Part shown: in pieces, positions 21,601 through 29,850 of the stretch
How the letters are laid out: every line of letters begins with the position of its first letter
How positions within the stretch are numbered: the first letter of the stretch is position 1
Virus record (IMG/VR): IMGVR_UViG_2593339199_000003
Location: 41,082 to 105,081 of that record
DNA from: a virus
Lineage: Duplodnaviria; Caudoviricetes
Strand: one strand, 5' to 3'
DNA length: 64,000 nt
Notes under the pieces: generated by a model
What the model was told of the DNA's origin: nothing
Seen by the model: the letters and a program-made list of their open reading frames with translations, nothing else
Databases searched by the model: none
Made by a program: the position numbers and the translations under genes

Positions 21601-24152
21601 TCGGATTCCCAAATCATCATGTAGAAGTTGCGCTTATCCTTGGCCTTGAAGATGATACCGATGACGTCATCGTCCTGTGGGCCGACAGTTGGATCCGGGT
21701 TGCCTTCTCCGATCGTCTTGAAATCGAACTCAACTTCGTAGCTATCCCACCCATAATACTCGCCGCCGGCCCCCTTGGCGATGATGCCGCTGAAACACAT
21801 ACGGTTCGAGTTGTCATAGATGTATTTGCCGTCGCTGCTTTTCTTCCAAACGTCGCTGCTGCCGTAGCCAACATAATCACCTGCAGACGAGGTGAACAGA
21901 TCCTTCACGTCGCCCTGGTCCTGCACTTCGTAGAAGGCCTCGTAATTGACCGCCCATTCCAGCGTCTTCTTGCCGACCGCGCCAGCGATCTCCATGTTGA
22001 TCTCGTATTCTTTCTGGATAGGAAGCATCCGGTCTTCCTTAATCGTGAAGCCAAACTTCTTCGGCGGGTAGGCATCGATGCCAATTTTGTAAGGCGATTC
22101 ATTGTAGGTTACATAGAGGTCGCCTTTGTACCAGATGCTGTACTGGAAGTTCAACTCTGGATAAATCAGGATCTGATGCTTACGTTTCCCCCGGAGCCGC
22201 GCGGCATATTGGAATGACTGAACGGCCACTTCATGTTGCGGCTTCTTAACCATGAGATCATCATGATCGCCGATACCGGACTTGATCGCATGCGCCATAT
22301 CGACGCTGCCGTGGGAGCGGCCGTACAGTGTGGTGCTGAAGCCTTTACCATCCACGTAGTTCGATTCAAATTTCGGATCGCTCCACTGTTCATCCGTGTC
22401 CTCTGCAGGGAAGTAGGTCTGCTCGGAAGAGCCATCGGCTGGGAGCGGGTCCGGTGTAGCCATTATGCTGATCATCTCTTCGCTGACCGTGACCACGACT
22501 TGCTTAGCCAGCGATCCGGCCTTGGCCATGATGGTAGCGGAGCCGTTGACGACACCCTCAAGGGTTAAGGCGCTTTCGGTTTGCTTGTTGATCTGAACGA
22601 TGCCATTGTCCTGCACTTCCCATGTTACCGGAGCAGCGTCCCCATTTAGCACTTGTGCAAAGAAAGTCAGTGACTGCCCGGGTGCGATATGCGCGCTTGC
22701 CGGCGTGACATTCAGGATGGGCTGCATTTGACCCTGCGCCGTGATCGTCGTGATCGACTGGCTGCCGTAAGCGGTGGCTCGGACTTGAATGTCCCCGGCG
22801 CTCAGTGCCTTGATGGTGACACCTTTCCCGCTCCGGCTACTGATGCTTGCGATCTCCTCACCCTGCACGATGTCCCAAGTAATCGCAGAATCCACATGAC
22901 CCATGTCCTCGAACATGACATCATAGAAGGCCGTAACTGTCAGCTCCTGACCCACGACAAGCGTGGATGTCTCCGGCAGCGTATGGAACCGGTAGAGCTG
23001 CTTGTTCCATACCGGTACTTTGACCGTTGCCGCTACTTCCTCTCCCCTATCGGAGCGGACGAGAAGATCAAACGAAAGGATATCGGAAGCCTGCGGCGTG
23101 ATCTTGTAATCCGTCTCGCTGACTTTCTCGACAAATGCATTGCCATTGGTCAGCGTGAGTGTCGAGAGCTGGATAGCGAAACGATCGCCATTCTCATACT
23201 CCGCAGCGACATGTAGTGCCACCGTGTCGCCGACAAATGCACGCTCCTGGGAGCGGGAGATGGTGAGGCGTCCTTTCGGATCAACTACTGTGATCGCAAT
23301 CGGCTTCGCATAAAAGTCATCGTAACGAAGCATTAGATTCGTCGTGCCGGGCGCGATGCCCTCGAGCATCACCTGGCTGCCGTCGAAGCTGATAACCCTG
23401 GCTACTTTCTGTTCATCGAATTTCCATCCGAGAGCTTCAGAGGCTACACCGCCGGCACCCTTCGTTTCCATATCCACGCGGATCGCCTGCTGCAAGCCCA
23501 CTACGAGCTGCAGGCTTGTCGTCTCCGGCGTAATGTCGAGTACAAGATGATCACTGATGTCGAGGCCATAGGCATAAAGCTTATCGCTGTACGTCAGAAC
23601 AATCTTGTCATTGCTGCTGGTGGCTTCGAGCTGGATGACCGTATAGTCGGCCGGCATCGGCGTCAGACTGTTGCGGCTGATCAGCGGCTTAATGTCCATG
23701 CCAGATACCGGCAGCTGTGTCTCCGGACTGCCCGCAGTCAACGTATCGATCTGCGGACCGTTAATCCAATCCGTCTCTACGTTCACATCTTCCTGCGGCA
23801 GCGCATTGGTCCATGCGTAAGGGCTGTCGAGTCCATCCGGCAAGCACACGATCGAGACGCGAGTGTCCGGGCTCCAGACATAATAAGCCTCCACGAGAAG
23901 ATCCGGATCGGTCGCTTGGAGCTCTGCGAGCGTAGCCGCACCGAGCATAGCGGTACTCAGGTCTGTCAGCTTCTTGCCAGCCGCGAGACTGTCATTCCAA
24001 TTCGTGATGATGGCTGTGTCCCTATAAAGGCAGACGTCCTGCTGGCTGCCGTCTCCGTGCTTCACCGTCGCAATGACTTCATAGTGGAATGAGAGCGAGA
24101 TGATTGGGCGGATCACGGCTTGCAGTTTATAATCGAAATTTAAGATTGCCAT
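15615..24152 (-). CDS. Giant adhesin-like virion protein (2845 aa): Big_2 Ig-like repeats, two TSP-C-like lectin domains, PA14 domain, C-terminal Ig-like domains
   Basis: ATG 24152 with GGGAGG RBS. Ig motifs (ITWDIVQGEEIASI; VTWEVQDNGIV...GSATIMAKAG), DDDVIG and DDDMYG, and PA14 SDDGFRLWVN...YYENTG...LEWTQPG. Confidence 0.85.
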   Translation of the reverse strand: MAILNFDYKLQAVIRPIISLSFHYEVIATVKHGDGSQQDVCLYRDTAIITNWNDSLAAGKKLTDLSTAMLGAATLAELQATDPDLLVEAYYVWSPDTRVSIVCLPDGLDSPYAWTNALPQEDVNVETDWINGPQIDTLTAGSPETQLPVSGMDIKPLISRNSLTPMPADYTVIQLEATSSNDKIVLTYSDKLYAYGLDISDHLVLDITPETTSLQLVVGLQQAIRVDMETKGAGGVASEALGWKFDEQKVARVISFDGSQVMLEGIAPGTTNLMLRYDDFYAKPIAITVVDPKGRLTISRSQERAFVGDTVALHVAAEYENGDRFAIQLSTLTLTNGNAFVEKVSETDYKITPQASDILSFDLLVRSDRGEEVAATVKVPVWNKQLYRFHTLPETSTLVVGQELTVTAFYDVMFEDMGHVDSAITWDIVQGEEIASISSRSGKGVTIKALSAGDIQVRATAYGSQSITTITAQGQMQPILNVTPASAHIAPGQSLTFFAQVLNGDAAPVTWEVQDNGIVQINKQTESALTLEGVVNGSATIMAKAGSLAKQVVVTVSEEMISIMATPDPLPADGSSEQTYFPAEDTDEQWSDPKFESNYVDGKGFSTTLYGRSHGSVDMAHAIKSGIGDHDDLMVKKPQHEVAVQSFQYAARLRGKRKHQILIYPELNFQYSIWYKGDLYVTYNESPYKIGIDAYPPKKFGFTIKEDRMLPIQKEYEINMEIAGAVGKKTLEWAVNYEAFYEVQDQGDVKDLFTSSAGDYVGYGSSDVWKKSSDGKYIYDNSNRMCFSGIIAKGAGGEYYGWDSYEVEFDFKTIGEGNPDPTVGPQDDDVIGIIFKAKDKRNFYMMIWESDYRVKGSNRIGANIDGTNIFTADETVWNDGNHMAYSRNYLSSDSLWSAYQTGTGWKTQHRRIYKVTDGKMYKVNATDLGGGNGWDYQTMESMKVRCTGKHAEIFVRHSLTEEYAKVFEFDTDWENGAFGACNWSQAVEFHGIRVKHWIKFTGREPQTGWAQFDEITPSPKTINPSSSDYIKVNLLARMAQLGVTGKAYTIGSISAEVKDSTAGAAFAGVGQPVTVKTFNSPNAGTTQSFTYTKKGTFEVTPDNIDNTSGAVVFEDIDDFFRAEKSNFLASHADLSPDAITATYTIVKPASSDTEFAFENNKKLIFWHGDPEHVITEKTYEYSVYAYDGWVAARDLKEFVGGKWATYTLTLQDSGEYTIDPAHHAWKWAKAGTVTTHHDPTDVLMLKTTEWYQGTFPADIKNEGVANSDEPTYVDVPPNHEHYVDPYTGAPMPAVYANVHYVLHKYPVGKLSFLWMYWESKPGQTTRNTSSSVNVITSEPLLFTDRQNDRVVIKCDADPRYVPWISGKYIGQGKVNGKRPFFSSGAGKANMVDVPTDTVFLPPNLTHIEGPFIETDNENVTIEYDTFKKTVNFMSDYQDAYVWYTDWYTDWVEDPRSFYADNESVTTIGDTISINPMLDPNYDENVFIEKIEAISSNPFVSVWLDKQDGDTSGLLGTYYRYPLQTKILKESFVVGGDYHVKEQLFTVQEAVAAHREDGEPAREVFLAGQAAVRGRAAATEQKTAHTIYVPAGESSLKILTSFMQNTGDTFPDMIVHAPNGETFGITANNGTWAQTAISKTIFENGNLITAASKYDYSGGADVYELMTFTRPIEGSWMVEVYNQGITDTDYAITSNIGNTVQQQFYTDFAADPWNVQIKVNGISITDFVVDDKRITLGPVLLKTDLLDINYTAGGYQIDELPMQSTFSFNDLQPFTILSVQRNGVEIPQSSTEGYTVDGQQFQLHGSYVTPGDVKVRYATGSITNLFELTQDPGLGVTVYLNGVKLDPSKYSLSGRTLVVDRSMLNPKDWIHVQSYEVTGSFDPSKANYLGDVQFSRVDARIDFNWGSQSPFVSTEPVGTNAAAFTSQSVILDQMSFNLNVDLDISYPSDEVIDISNFTGEWIKFDENVGADVGDWHGPPEDGYSKVTNLANQSYRSGFFNPNHRDFTDYTFSFKVQEVASGDDDMYGAIFRFDPGTLNFYSFEMDAYWSRNMVGGTDAKGMGIYRNICLNPSQYGVAKLQYTKVMLAHLDEGWTFGADETNEIKVKLVGRSITVWVNGTEKFSIVDSAPDAILKGAWGPVTASQPKTYFWDFKASRMLLNTFVQSPGQRHTISAQVDRPITDSPKTLTVIVKDISIHDEFLQEINNFLAAHPGMTEADISCSFKIMNDASITKTSFDKAAAHGTLTIDGTSRVVAEITTKPASAPDAPDWSDYRHLPRTYLDPNAPLDVYTPDLPEPYIAPIQVPASGSPSDGFAISWRGNIYAPTAGLYQFHSTSDDGFRLWVNRVQVIDAWRDEPDTNSGSINLEGGRWYEISATYYENTGSAMVKLEWTQPGGTKEIVPSSRLAPFLGYAINAQVRSAAPLPWNPMLHNGYYYFQEKEQYLFAEKIRLVKTPVDQQILISPRPQQGAAFIVRDNEGNNLRKVAFFEEVRNAAGLLTGVNQTLENIESMSGNGYAKYYLQYKAIDPDTLVVTLNGITISSTQYIFNPKNSSIEFMNNLGFDDIMEFRYKLLYSFYVDYNYDVENDVARIVLHNNYDPTMMQDMEIIYEGAKDTPFYRAEEVSFNPILNHNHRGFLCLTNKVDQDPKVLEISISPKSLPAGSTGKVLVTGRALDKYNNPIQNKEVDIYRDGELMFSGKTNRAGEVYLYDQPIMPSDNITNYQIVCADLSNMEQLSFYAPNVANRVYLEMKTSKAVLLAGQNDEATITITLRDENWGVLTGKQIRVAYKDTKGVTRSFVPTTDDYGQTSITISGLSQEQGVFAVTATCTVGAEESSNFIFLKVIGA

Positions 24153-25588
24153 ACGTTTGAGCCCTCCCACCGTTTCGGGTTAAAGGTATAGTCCTTCCAG
24201 TTGTCGATGCTTGAATCCCAGATGTTCGGCAGATATCCGAGGCCGGTCAGATCTTTGCTGATCGTATCCCAGTAGCCTTCATCCCAATTGAAGCGGCCCC
24301 ACATGATCGGCGCCACCGTATTGATATAGTTCACCCAGCGCTTGAGTGTCTCAGATGCTTGCCCGTCATCCTGGAACATGATGCGGTACAGCTCCTCGTC
24401 GCTCTTTTGATACAACTCATGCTTCTCGACGTCCTTAATGAAAGAGACGGTTCGCGTCCGGCCGGAGCTCTGCGCTTGAATCAGGATATAGCCGAACTCG
24501 TCTATAGCATAATCCAGTGGCTCAAGCGGCTGCCCATCAATGCGAATCGTATAGGGCTCGACACCCTTCCCTTTCAAGTACAAGTTTTTGTTGTCGTCCT
24601 GCCAGGTTACGCGGCGAATCAGATTTAACTCACGTGCGATCGCGAAGGTAAGCCCTTGGTCACTGCTGTTGCCGGGATATCGGAACACGTCCTTGATGCG
24701 CTCGCGATATTCGGCATTCTTCTCTCGGTGCAGCCGCGGCGTCCCCGTGAGCAGCCCAAACTCATCGAACGCGTTCCAGATTTGATGCGGCAGCGCGGTC
24801 ACTGTGAAGCTGCTCCGCCGGTCAATGTTCTGGATTTCCCCGCGGAATGCGCCGTATTCTTTGCGTGTGTACATCCGCCGATTATCGAAGTCAATGATAC
24901 CGCCGCCGTCGAGCTTGTTGAAAAAGAAATCCCGCAGCGAATCGATTATGGGGATAGGTTCCTCATCATCATAGAAGGCAAGCTGGTCGGATGTCCGGAT
25001 GTCCGGCAGATCATAGACCCACACCCAATCAAGTATCTGCGGATCAAGAAGATCGATGAACTTCTGGCTTTTGAGCTCGTCGTATTCATCCTCGACCGTT
25101 TCCAGCATCATGGCGTACCAGTTGAAGAAGCGCTGACCGTTGGACTCCCGCGACTGCCGAATCCAAGTCCAAAGCGGATATTCATTGGCGATGCGCTGCG
25201 TAATCTCCGAATACCAGTAATCGTTAAGAAAGATACCGTAAATACCTGTTGCATCGCCTGTTGCCGTGAGCGTCTTTTCGCCTTCATCGAGGCTTGTGTC
25301 GAGCACGCGCCACATACTGATGCCATCATAGCGAACGATACGGCAATACTTCGCTTCCGTATTGGTCAGCTTGTTGGCATAGGGGATTGTGATGACCAGC
25401 TGCTGTTCTGGTAAGTCCGATAAGATTTCAAATTGCATCGCGGTCGGAATGTATCGCAAGTAAGTTTGGTCATCCACAAAGACCGTCTGCCCCTGAATGT
25501 CCGGGTCCAGTTTACGCGCGCAGGTCACCGGATACGAACTGGAGATCGTAATCTCGTCATTCGTGTATAAGTATCGGGTGTCAGCCAC
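24140..25588 (-). CDS. Baseplate wedge protein, P2 gpI/T4 gp7-like (482 aa)
   Basis: GTG 25588 with AAGGAGGTG RBS. Motif FDEFGLLTGTPRLHREKNAEYRERI...GLTFAI is typical of gpI/gp7-type wedge subunits. Confidence 0.65.
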   Translation of the reverse strand: MADTRYLYTNDEITISSSYPVTCARKLDPDIQGQTVFVDDQTYLRYIPTAMQFEILSDLPEQQLVITIPYANKLTNTEAKYCRIVRYDGISMWRVLDTSLDEGEKTLTATGDATGIYGIFLNDYWYSEITQRIANEYPLWTWIRQSRESNGQRFFNWYAMMLETVEDEYDELKSQKFIDLLDPQILDWVWVYDLPDIRTSDQLAFYDDEEPIPIIDSLRDFFFNKLDGGGIIDFDNRRMYTRKEYGAFRGEIQNIDRRSSFTVTALPHQIWNAFDEFGLLTGTPRLHREKNAEYRERIKDVFRYPGNSSDQGLTFAIARELNLIRRVTWQDDNKNLYLKGKGVEPYTIRIDGQPLEPLDYAIDEFGYILIQAQSSGRTRTVSFIKDVEKHELYQKSDEELYRIMFQDDGQASETLKRWVNYINTVAPIMWGRFNWDEGYWDTISKDLTGLGYLPNIWDSSIDNWKDYTFNPKRWEGSNVWQS

Positions 25589-25608
25589 CTTGTCGCACCT
25601 CCTTTTAT

Positions 25609-25638
25609 TGCAAGGCATTACATTTTTCTATTATATCA
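25609..25638 (-). promoter_or_regulatory. Extended -10 promoter (TGaTATAAT) followed by a palindromic operator-like motif
   Basis: TGATATAAT at 25638-25630; TGTAATGCCTTGCA at 25622-25609; RBS immediately downstream. Confidence 0.65.
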
Positions 25639-25650
25639 GAACCCGAACAT

Positions 25651-25693
25651 AAAGAAAGAACATTTCCGCACGGGGCAGAAATGTTCTTTCTTT
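25651..25693. terminator. Inverted repeat, probable (bidirectional) terminator downstream of the FN3 gene
   Basis: Perfect 16-bp arms AAAGAAAGAACATTTC and GAAATGTTCTTTCTTT around an 11-nt loop. Confidence 0.75.
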
Positions 25694-25702
25694 GGGACTG
25701 GA

Positions 25703-26341
25703 TTACAGCGAGTTATCAATCGCCGAAACCACGTAGCTATACTCGCTGCCGTTGACAACCGTAATGTCGTCGTACAGCGTTACGTCGCCGGCCACTTGTG
25801 CCAGGAACGCATGCGCACTTTGATCCGAAGACAGTTTACGGTATACGCGGTAGCCGCCCAGGTTCTCATTGAGCTTGGCGTCCTCGGCGTCCGTAACCGT
25901 GTTCCAAGTGATGCGAACCGTCGCGTCGCCGGAAGTCGTTTGCAGGTTTTGAGGAACCGATGGGATCGTCTTCACGGCAAGGTCGTCGGACTGCGCGCCT
26001 TCGTTCGGCGTAACTTCGTCGTCATATGCGGAAACCGCATAGATGTAGGAAGCACCGTCGAGCATCGTTGCGTCCTCGAACGTCGTTACCTGTGCATCAA
26101 CAGATGCCGGTACGTTCGATACGAGGGCGAATGAATCTCCAGCGCTGGCTTTGCGGTAAACGCGGTAGCCGGCCAGATCGGTCAGTGCCGAGGCGTCAGC
26201 ATCTGTGGTAACCGGATCCCAATTCAGGGTTACCTTGCCTTGGGAAACCGCGAAATTGAGGTTCAGCACTTTTGCAGGCGCAAGCGTGTCGCCTGCCATC
26301 GCAGTCACGGGGGACGATAAATTCGACTCTAAAACAGCCAT
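25703..26341 (-). CDS. Tandem fibronectin type III domain protein (212 aa)
   Basis: Two repeats of V.L.W...GYRVYRK...F/Y.D...G..Y.Y.VSA.D. ATG 26341 with AAGGAG RBS; no signal peptide. Confidence 0.85.
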   Translation of the reverse strand: MAVLESNLSSPVTAMAGDTLAPAKVLNLNFAVSQGKVTLNWDPVTTDADASALTDLAGYRVYRKASAGDSFALVSNVPASVDAQVTTFEDATMLDGASYIYAVSAYDDEVTPNEGAQSDDLAVKTIPSVPQNLQTTSGDATVRITWNTVTDAEDAKLNENLGGYRVYRKLSSDQSAHAFLAQVAGDVTLYDDITVVNGSEYSYVVSAIDNSL

Positions 26342-26412
26342 GTCTATCACTCCTTATGAATCTATTTATGCCAAGGCAATGCCCTAACAATAGGAAAAAC
26401 TTGCCTTTTTAC

Positions 26413-26465
26413 ATCATAGCGGGAAGCTCCATATAGTTCAAGCGCCCTAATTGTAGCGCATTACA
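26413..26465 (-). promoter_or_regulatory. SigA-like promoter with an upstream palindromic motif
   Basis: TTGAAC (26441-26436), 17-nt spacer, TATGAT (26418-26413); TGTAATGCGCTACA at 26465-26452. Confidence 0.6.
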
Positions 26466-26907
26466 CTCTTCCGATGATATTCTTCTTTTTCTGGATATAA
26501 TCCGCGCGATTAGCCAGAATTGCTTTTGCATTCTCGCTTGCATATCCGAGATAATCGAACAGCCAATTGGCCTTTAACGTTTGTCCATTCGTGATCTCGT
26601 GCGTCCCCATAACTGTCTTAATGCCGGCAAGCACTTCCTCGTCTTCCGCGGTTAAGCTCATACCGTCCAGCCTCTTCATAACGACTCGCATGAAGGAGAA
26701 CAGCGTGAACTCCAGGATCGATGCACTGACCGCTGGGTTCACCTTCTCAGCCGCGATGTCGAATAGGATCTTATTGACCAGCTCCTGCTCGTCGGCCGGC
26801 AGCACCGCATAAGATTCTGCGTTTAACTCGCCGCTTTCGATTTTACTGCGAAGCGTCGCTTCTGTTTTTACTTCTTCAGGTACAAGGCTGATACGTTCTC
26901 TTGCCAT
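26461..26907 (-). CDS. Hypothetical helical protein (148 aa), possible fibre assembly factor
   Basis: AAGGAG RBS; last gene of the receptor-binding cassette. The function is a positional guess. Confidence 0.65.
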   Translation of the reverse strand: MARERISLVPEEVKTEATLRSKIESGELNAESYAVLPADEQELVNKILFDIAAEKVNPAVSASILEFTLFSFMRVVMKRLDGMSLTAEDEEVLAGIKTVMGTHEITNGQTLKANWLFDYLGYASENAKAILANRADYIQKKKNIIGRV

Positions 26908-26920
26908 GACAATCTCTCCT

Positions 26921-27535
26921 TTAGGACCATGTGAGTCCGTAATTTAATAGCTGTGCATTGGCAGGCAACACTGCTTTGAGTCGAAGTTTCTTATCCTGCG
27001 GTGACTTAGCGGTAAAGTAGAATAAGGATTCGGGTGAGATCGTTTCCCATGTGACGCCATCGTCGCGAGAAATGGAATACGTGCCGGCAATAGTTGGACT
27101 TTCGTTTTCTTCAACCACCAAGATTGCCTTTTCTGGTACAACATCGGCAAGCTCCTGTGTGGTGACAATCGTATAGCTCCCGCTCCCGCTTGCTTTCACA
27201 AGGCCATTCGTTGTATCCAGTGTATAGCTGGAGCTTTTCCCCGCATCGATCCCGCTTGCATCCAGAAAATCCTCAAAGATCATATTCTGATGCTTGTAAC
27301 GTATCGTCTTGGCAACCACGTTGAGCTTGGCATTCGCCTTCATAATGTTGATCGCATCATTAATGATCAGCTCGTTAGCTTTCGCCACCGCATTCTGAAT
27401 ACCCGCCTCTAGGGCATCGATCCGGTCTTTGGCGTGCGGATAAGCTCCCGTCACGCCAGTCCCCAAGATATTATTCCTCGTGTTCTTTTCGTCTTTCGCA
27501 GCCTTGTTGGCCACGCCGTAAGCGATAATATCCAT
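26921..27535 (-). CDS. Fibre/adaptor subunit (204 aa)
   Basis: Shares its N-terminus (MDII...DRIDALE), the AIN.MK...EDF.D..GID module and the SRDDGVTW...LKA.L...W C-terminus with its neighbours. Confidence 0.75.
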   Translation of the reverse strand: MDIIAYGVANKAAKDEKNTRNNILGTGVTGAYPHAKDRIDALEAGIQNAVAKANELIINDAINIMKANAKLNVVAKTIRYKHQNMIFEDFLDASGIDAGKSSSYTLDTTNGLVKASGSGSYTIVTTQELADVVPEKAILVVEENESPTIAGTYSISRDDGVTWETISPESLFYFTAKSPQDKKLRLKAVLPANAQLLNYGLTWS

Positions 27536-27548
27536 GTCCTTTCACTCC

Positions 27549-29849
27549 TTACACCCAAGAATACGAGACACCTTGAAGCTCTTGTCCAGTGCTCAGAATC
27601 GCTTTGACCCGAAGCGATTTACCGGCTGGCAAGTTGCTCAAGTAGGCTAATTGATCCGGCTGCACTTGCTTCCATGTCACGCCGTCATCGCGGGATACGT
27701 AAAGCTCAGGCATTAACGGCATCAACACATTGAAAACCACGGACAAATCACTCACAGACGGTGACAGGGTGTAGATTTTGTTGTTGACTTGCAGTTGATC
27801 AATCTTAGCGGTGTCCGTGCTCGACGATTGCTCCAAGTAATAAGCAAGCCGGAGCTTGCCGCCATTTACAATGCTGGCCCATTCGGATGCAGTGAGTGCA
27901 TTGATCTGATCCGGCGTCATTCTGTTCGCTTTCACACTGACTAGATCCGATATATCGATGGACTGCCACGCGCCCGATGCATGAGACATCCAGGTTACTC
28001 CGCCGTCTCCACTCGCAAGCACGCCAATCGCGCCCGCGCCGGTGACCGTCGCTGAGAGGCTGAGCGAGACGATGTTCTTCACAATTAGATCATCTTTTGG
28101 CATGAGCAGCCTGCCCGGCGGCACGGCCGTTATGACCATAAATCGCGACGCGTCATCTTCATCAGTCCAAACCAGCAGCTCCGGCGCTGCAAGCTTCCGA
28201 ATGGCCGCGTCATCGACAAGAAAAAGGCTGTCCATCCCGTTAGCATCAAACATCGCTTTGGTTACAGGAGCGGCTCCGATGGTGGACCAACCTTGAGATG
28301 CCGGCTCTATCAGCTCCAGTTCGCCAATGGCTACATGACCAGTCGAAGAATACGTGGCCGTAATATAGATTCGATAATAGCGATATGCTGCTGGCGTGGC
28401 AGAAAAGTCATACAAGGTTCGGCGATTGGCCGTCTGGTCTGCACCGGTGATGCTATGAAGATTATCCCAGACCAGTGCATCGTTGCTACCTTGAAACACC
28501 CAGTTCTTTGGCGACTGCGGGAACGACCCGTTGTTTCGAGTCGTGATCGCGTACTTGCCGATTCGCTTTTGGTTGCCTGCTCCAAAATCAACTTGAAGCC
28601 ACTGCTTTCCCGTGTCGGTATTGTTGGAATGCCAGCAGTCATCGGTGTCAACGTTCGTATTATTAAACGCCTTCCAGCAATCGTTATTCGGAATATAAAC
28701 CGACGATGCCGAAAGTGATATCGGACTTGGCGCAGTATTGGACGTCATCTTAGGCACGGCATCGGTTAATCCGTCAGATGCCCTGAAATACATTTTTATG
28801 TCATTGCCGTCCTGGAATAAGAACTTGTTCATGTATACGGTGGCCATGGCTGACATGAATGTTCCCGCTCCCCCGATGCCACCATCTCCGGATTCTGCCC
28901 CACGGGTACCAATCCCGCGCGCGCCGCCGACGACAGAAGTGGTGCCGATTTTAGTCGGTGTGACTTCTGTCGTCACTTCAATATGGCCACCTCCGCTACC
29001 TCCACCACCAGCACGATACGCGTTGCCACCTGCAGATCCATTGGAAGCTAACGTGCCATTGTTGATGATGTCTTTGGCGTGCACAATCAGTAGGCCGCCG
29101 GTTCCGTCCGCTCCAGGCTGGCCATCCCCCCGGTTGCCGGCCGCTCCTGCACCTCCTGGATTACCGGCTCCACCGCCAGAGCTGTTGGAGAATGACGAGG
29201 TTGAATAGCCATAACCGCCTGCTCCTCCATTAGCCGCGGCGTTGCCGCCCGCCCCATTGTTGCCGCCACCGCCGCCCGATCCGCCTGAATAGGATGTTGC
29301 AGCAGCACCGGATCCACTGGCGCCGCCGCGGCCAGCACCTGGAGCACCGCCGCCGAGCTGCCGGCCCGCACCTGCGATACCCGACAATGCCGATGTATGG
29401 CCTGACGTCTCGCTGCCCTGACTAGCTTGAGCAAGTCCCGCCGCTCCAGCCGCCGGCACAAAGCATAGGTTTCCATTCAAGTCCTTATACATATAGACAT
29501 TCTGACCTGCCGCTGCGGCACCACGGGCCGTCATGGAAATCGTACCGTTGTTGGCCAGTATGCCATTGACGAAGATCATCATCCCCCGCTTCCGTACTTG
29601 TGGCGTAATGGTTACGCCGCTGTTAATGGTCAAGCTGCCGTGATATTTAAGGATCAGCATGCGTTGATCAGCAGTCGTGTTGCCGAGGACCGGCGTTGCC
29701 GCATACACCGTGTCACCATAGATGTTGACGAACTCAACTTGGAGATCAACTATTTCACTATTTGCGGTTGTCTGGAAGATGTGATCTCCATCCGGGATAC
29801 TCATCATGATATATTCATACAAGGTTGCCTTGCCCGTATAAGTTGCCAT
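27549..29849 (-). CDS. Receptor-binding/fibre protein (766 aa): glycine-rich region plus discoidin (F5/8-C)-like domain
   Basis: ATG 29849, one base after the upstream stop. Long Gly/Ala-rich tract; WLQVDFG...PKNWVFQGSND..W...YRYYRI...IGELEL. Confidence 0.8.
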   Translation of the reverse strand: MATYTGKATLYEYIMMSIPDGDHIFQTTANSEIVDLQVEFVNIYGDTVYAATPVLGNTTADQRMLILKYHGSLTINSGVTITPQVRKRGMMIFVNGILANNGTISMTARGAAAAGQNVYMYKDLNGNLCFVPAAGAAGLAQASQGSETSGHTSALSGIAGAGRQLGGGAPGAGRGGASGSGAAATSYSGGSGGGGGNNGAGGNAAANGGAGGYGYSTSSFSNSSGGGAGNPGGAGAAGNRGDGQPGADGTGGLLIVHAKDIINNGTLASNGSAGGNAYRAGGGGSGGGHIEVTTEVTPTKIGTTSVVGGARGIGTRGAESGDGGIGGAGTFMSAMATVYMNKFLFQDGNDIKMYFRASDGLTDAVPKMTSNTAPSPISLSASSVYIPNNDCWKAFNNTNVDTDDCWHSNNTDTGKQWLQVDFGAGNQKRIGKYAITTRNNGSFPQSPKNWVFQGSNDALVWDNLHSITGADQTANRRTLYDFSATPAAYRYYRIYITATYSSTGHVAIGELELIEPASQGWSTIGAAPVTKAMFDANGMDSLFLVDDAAIRKLAAPELLVWTDEDDASRFMVITAVPPGRLLMPKDDLIVKNIVSLSLSATVTGAGAIGVLASGDGGVTWMSHASGAWQSIDISDLVSVKANRMTPDQINALTASEWASIVNGGKLRLAYYLEQSSSTDTAKIDQLQVNNKIYTLSPSVSDLSVVFNVLMPLMPELYVSRDDGVTWKQVQPDQLAYLSNLPAGKSLRVKAILSTGQELQGVSYSWV

Positions 29850-29850
29850 T

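Noticed and set aside
25609-25622. Palindrome as a CcpA cre site
   Set aside because: It has the same length and TG...CA ends, but the near-invariant central CG of cre is replaced by GC/GT, and the context is not catabolic. Kept as an unknown motif.
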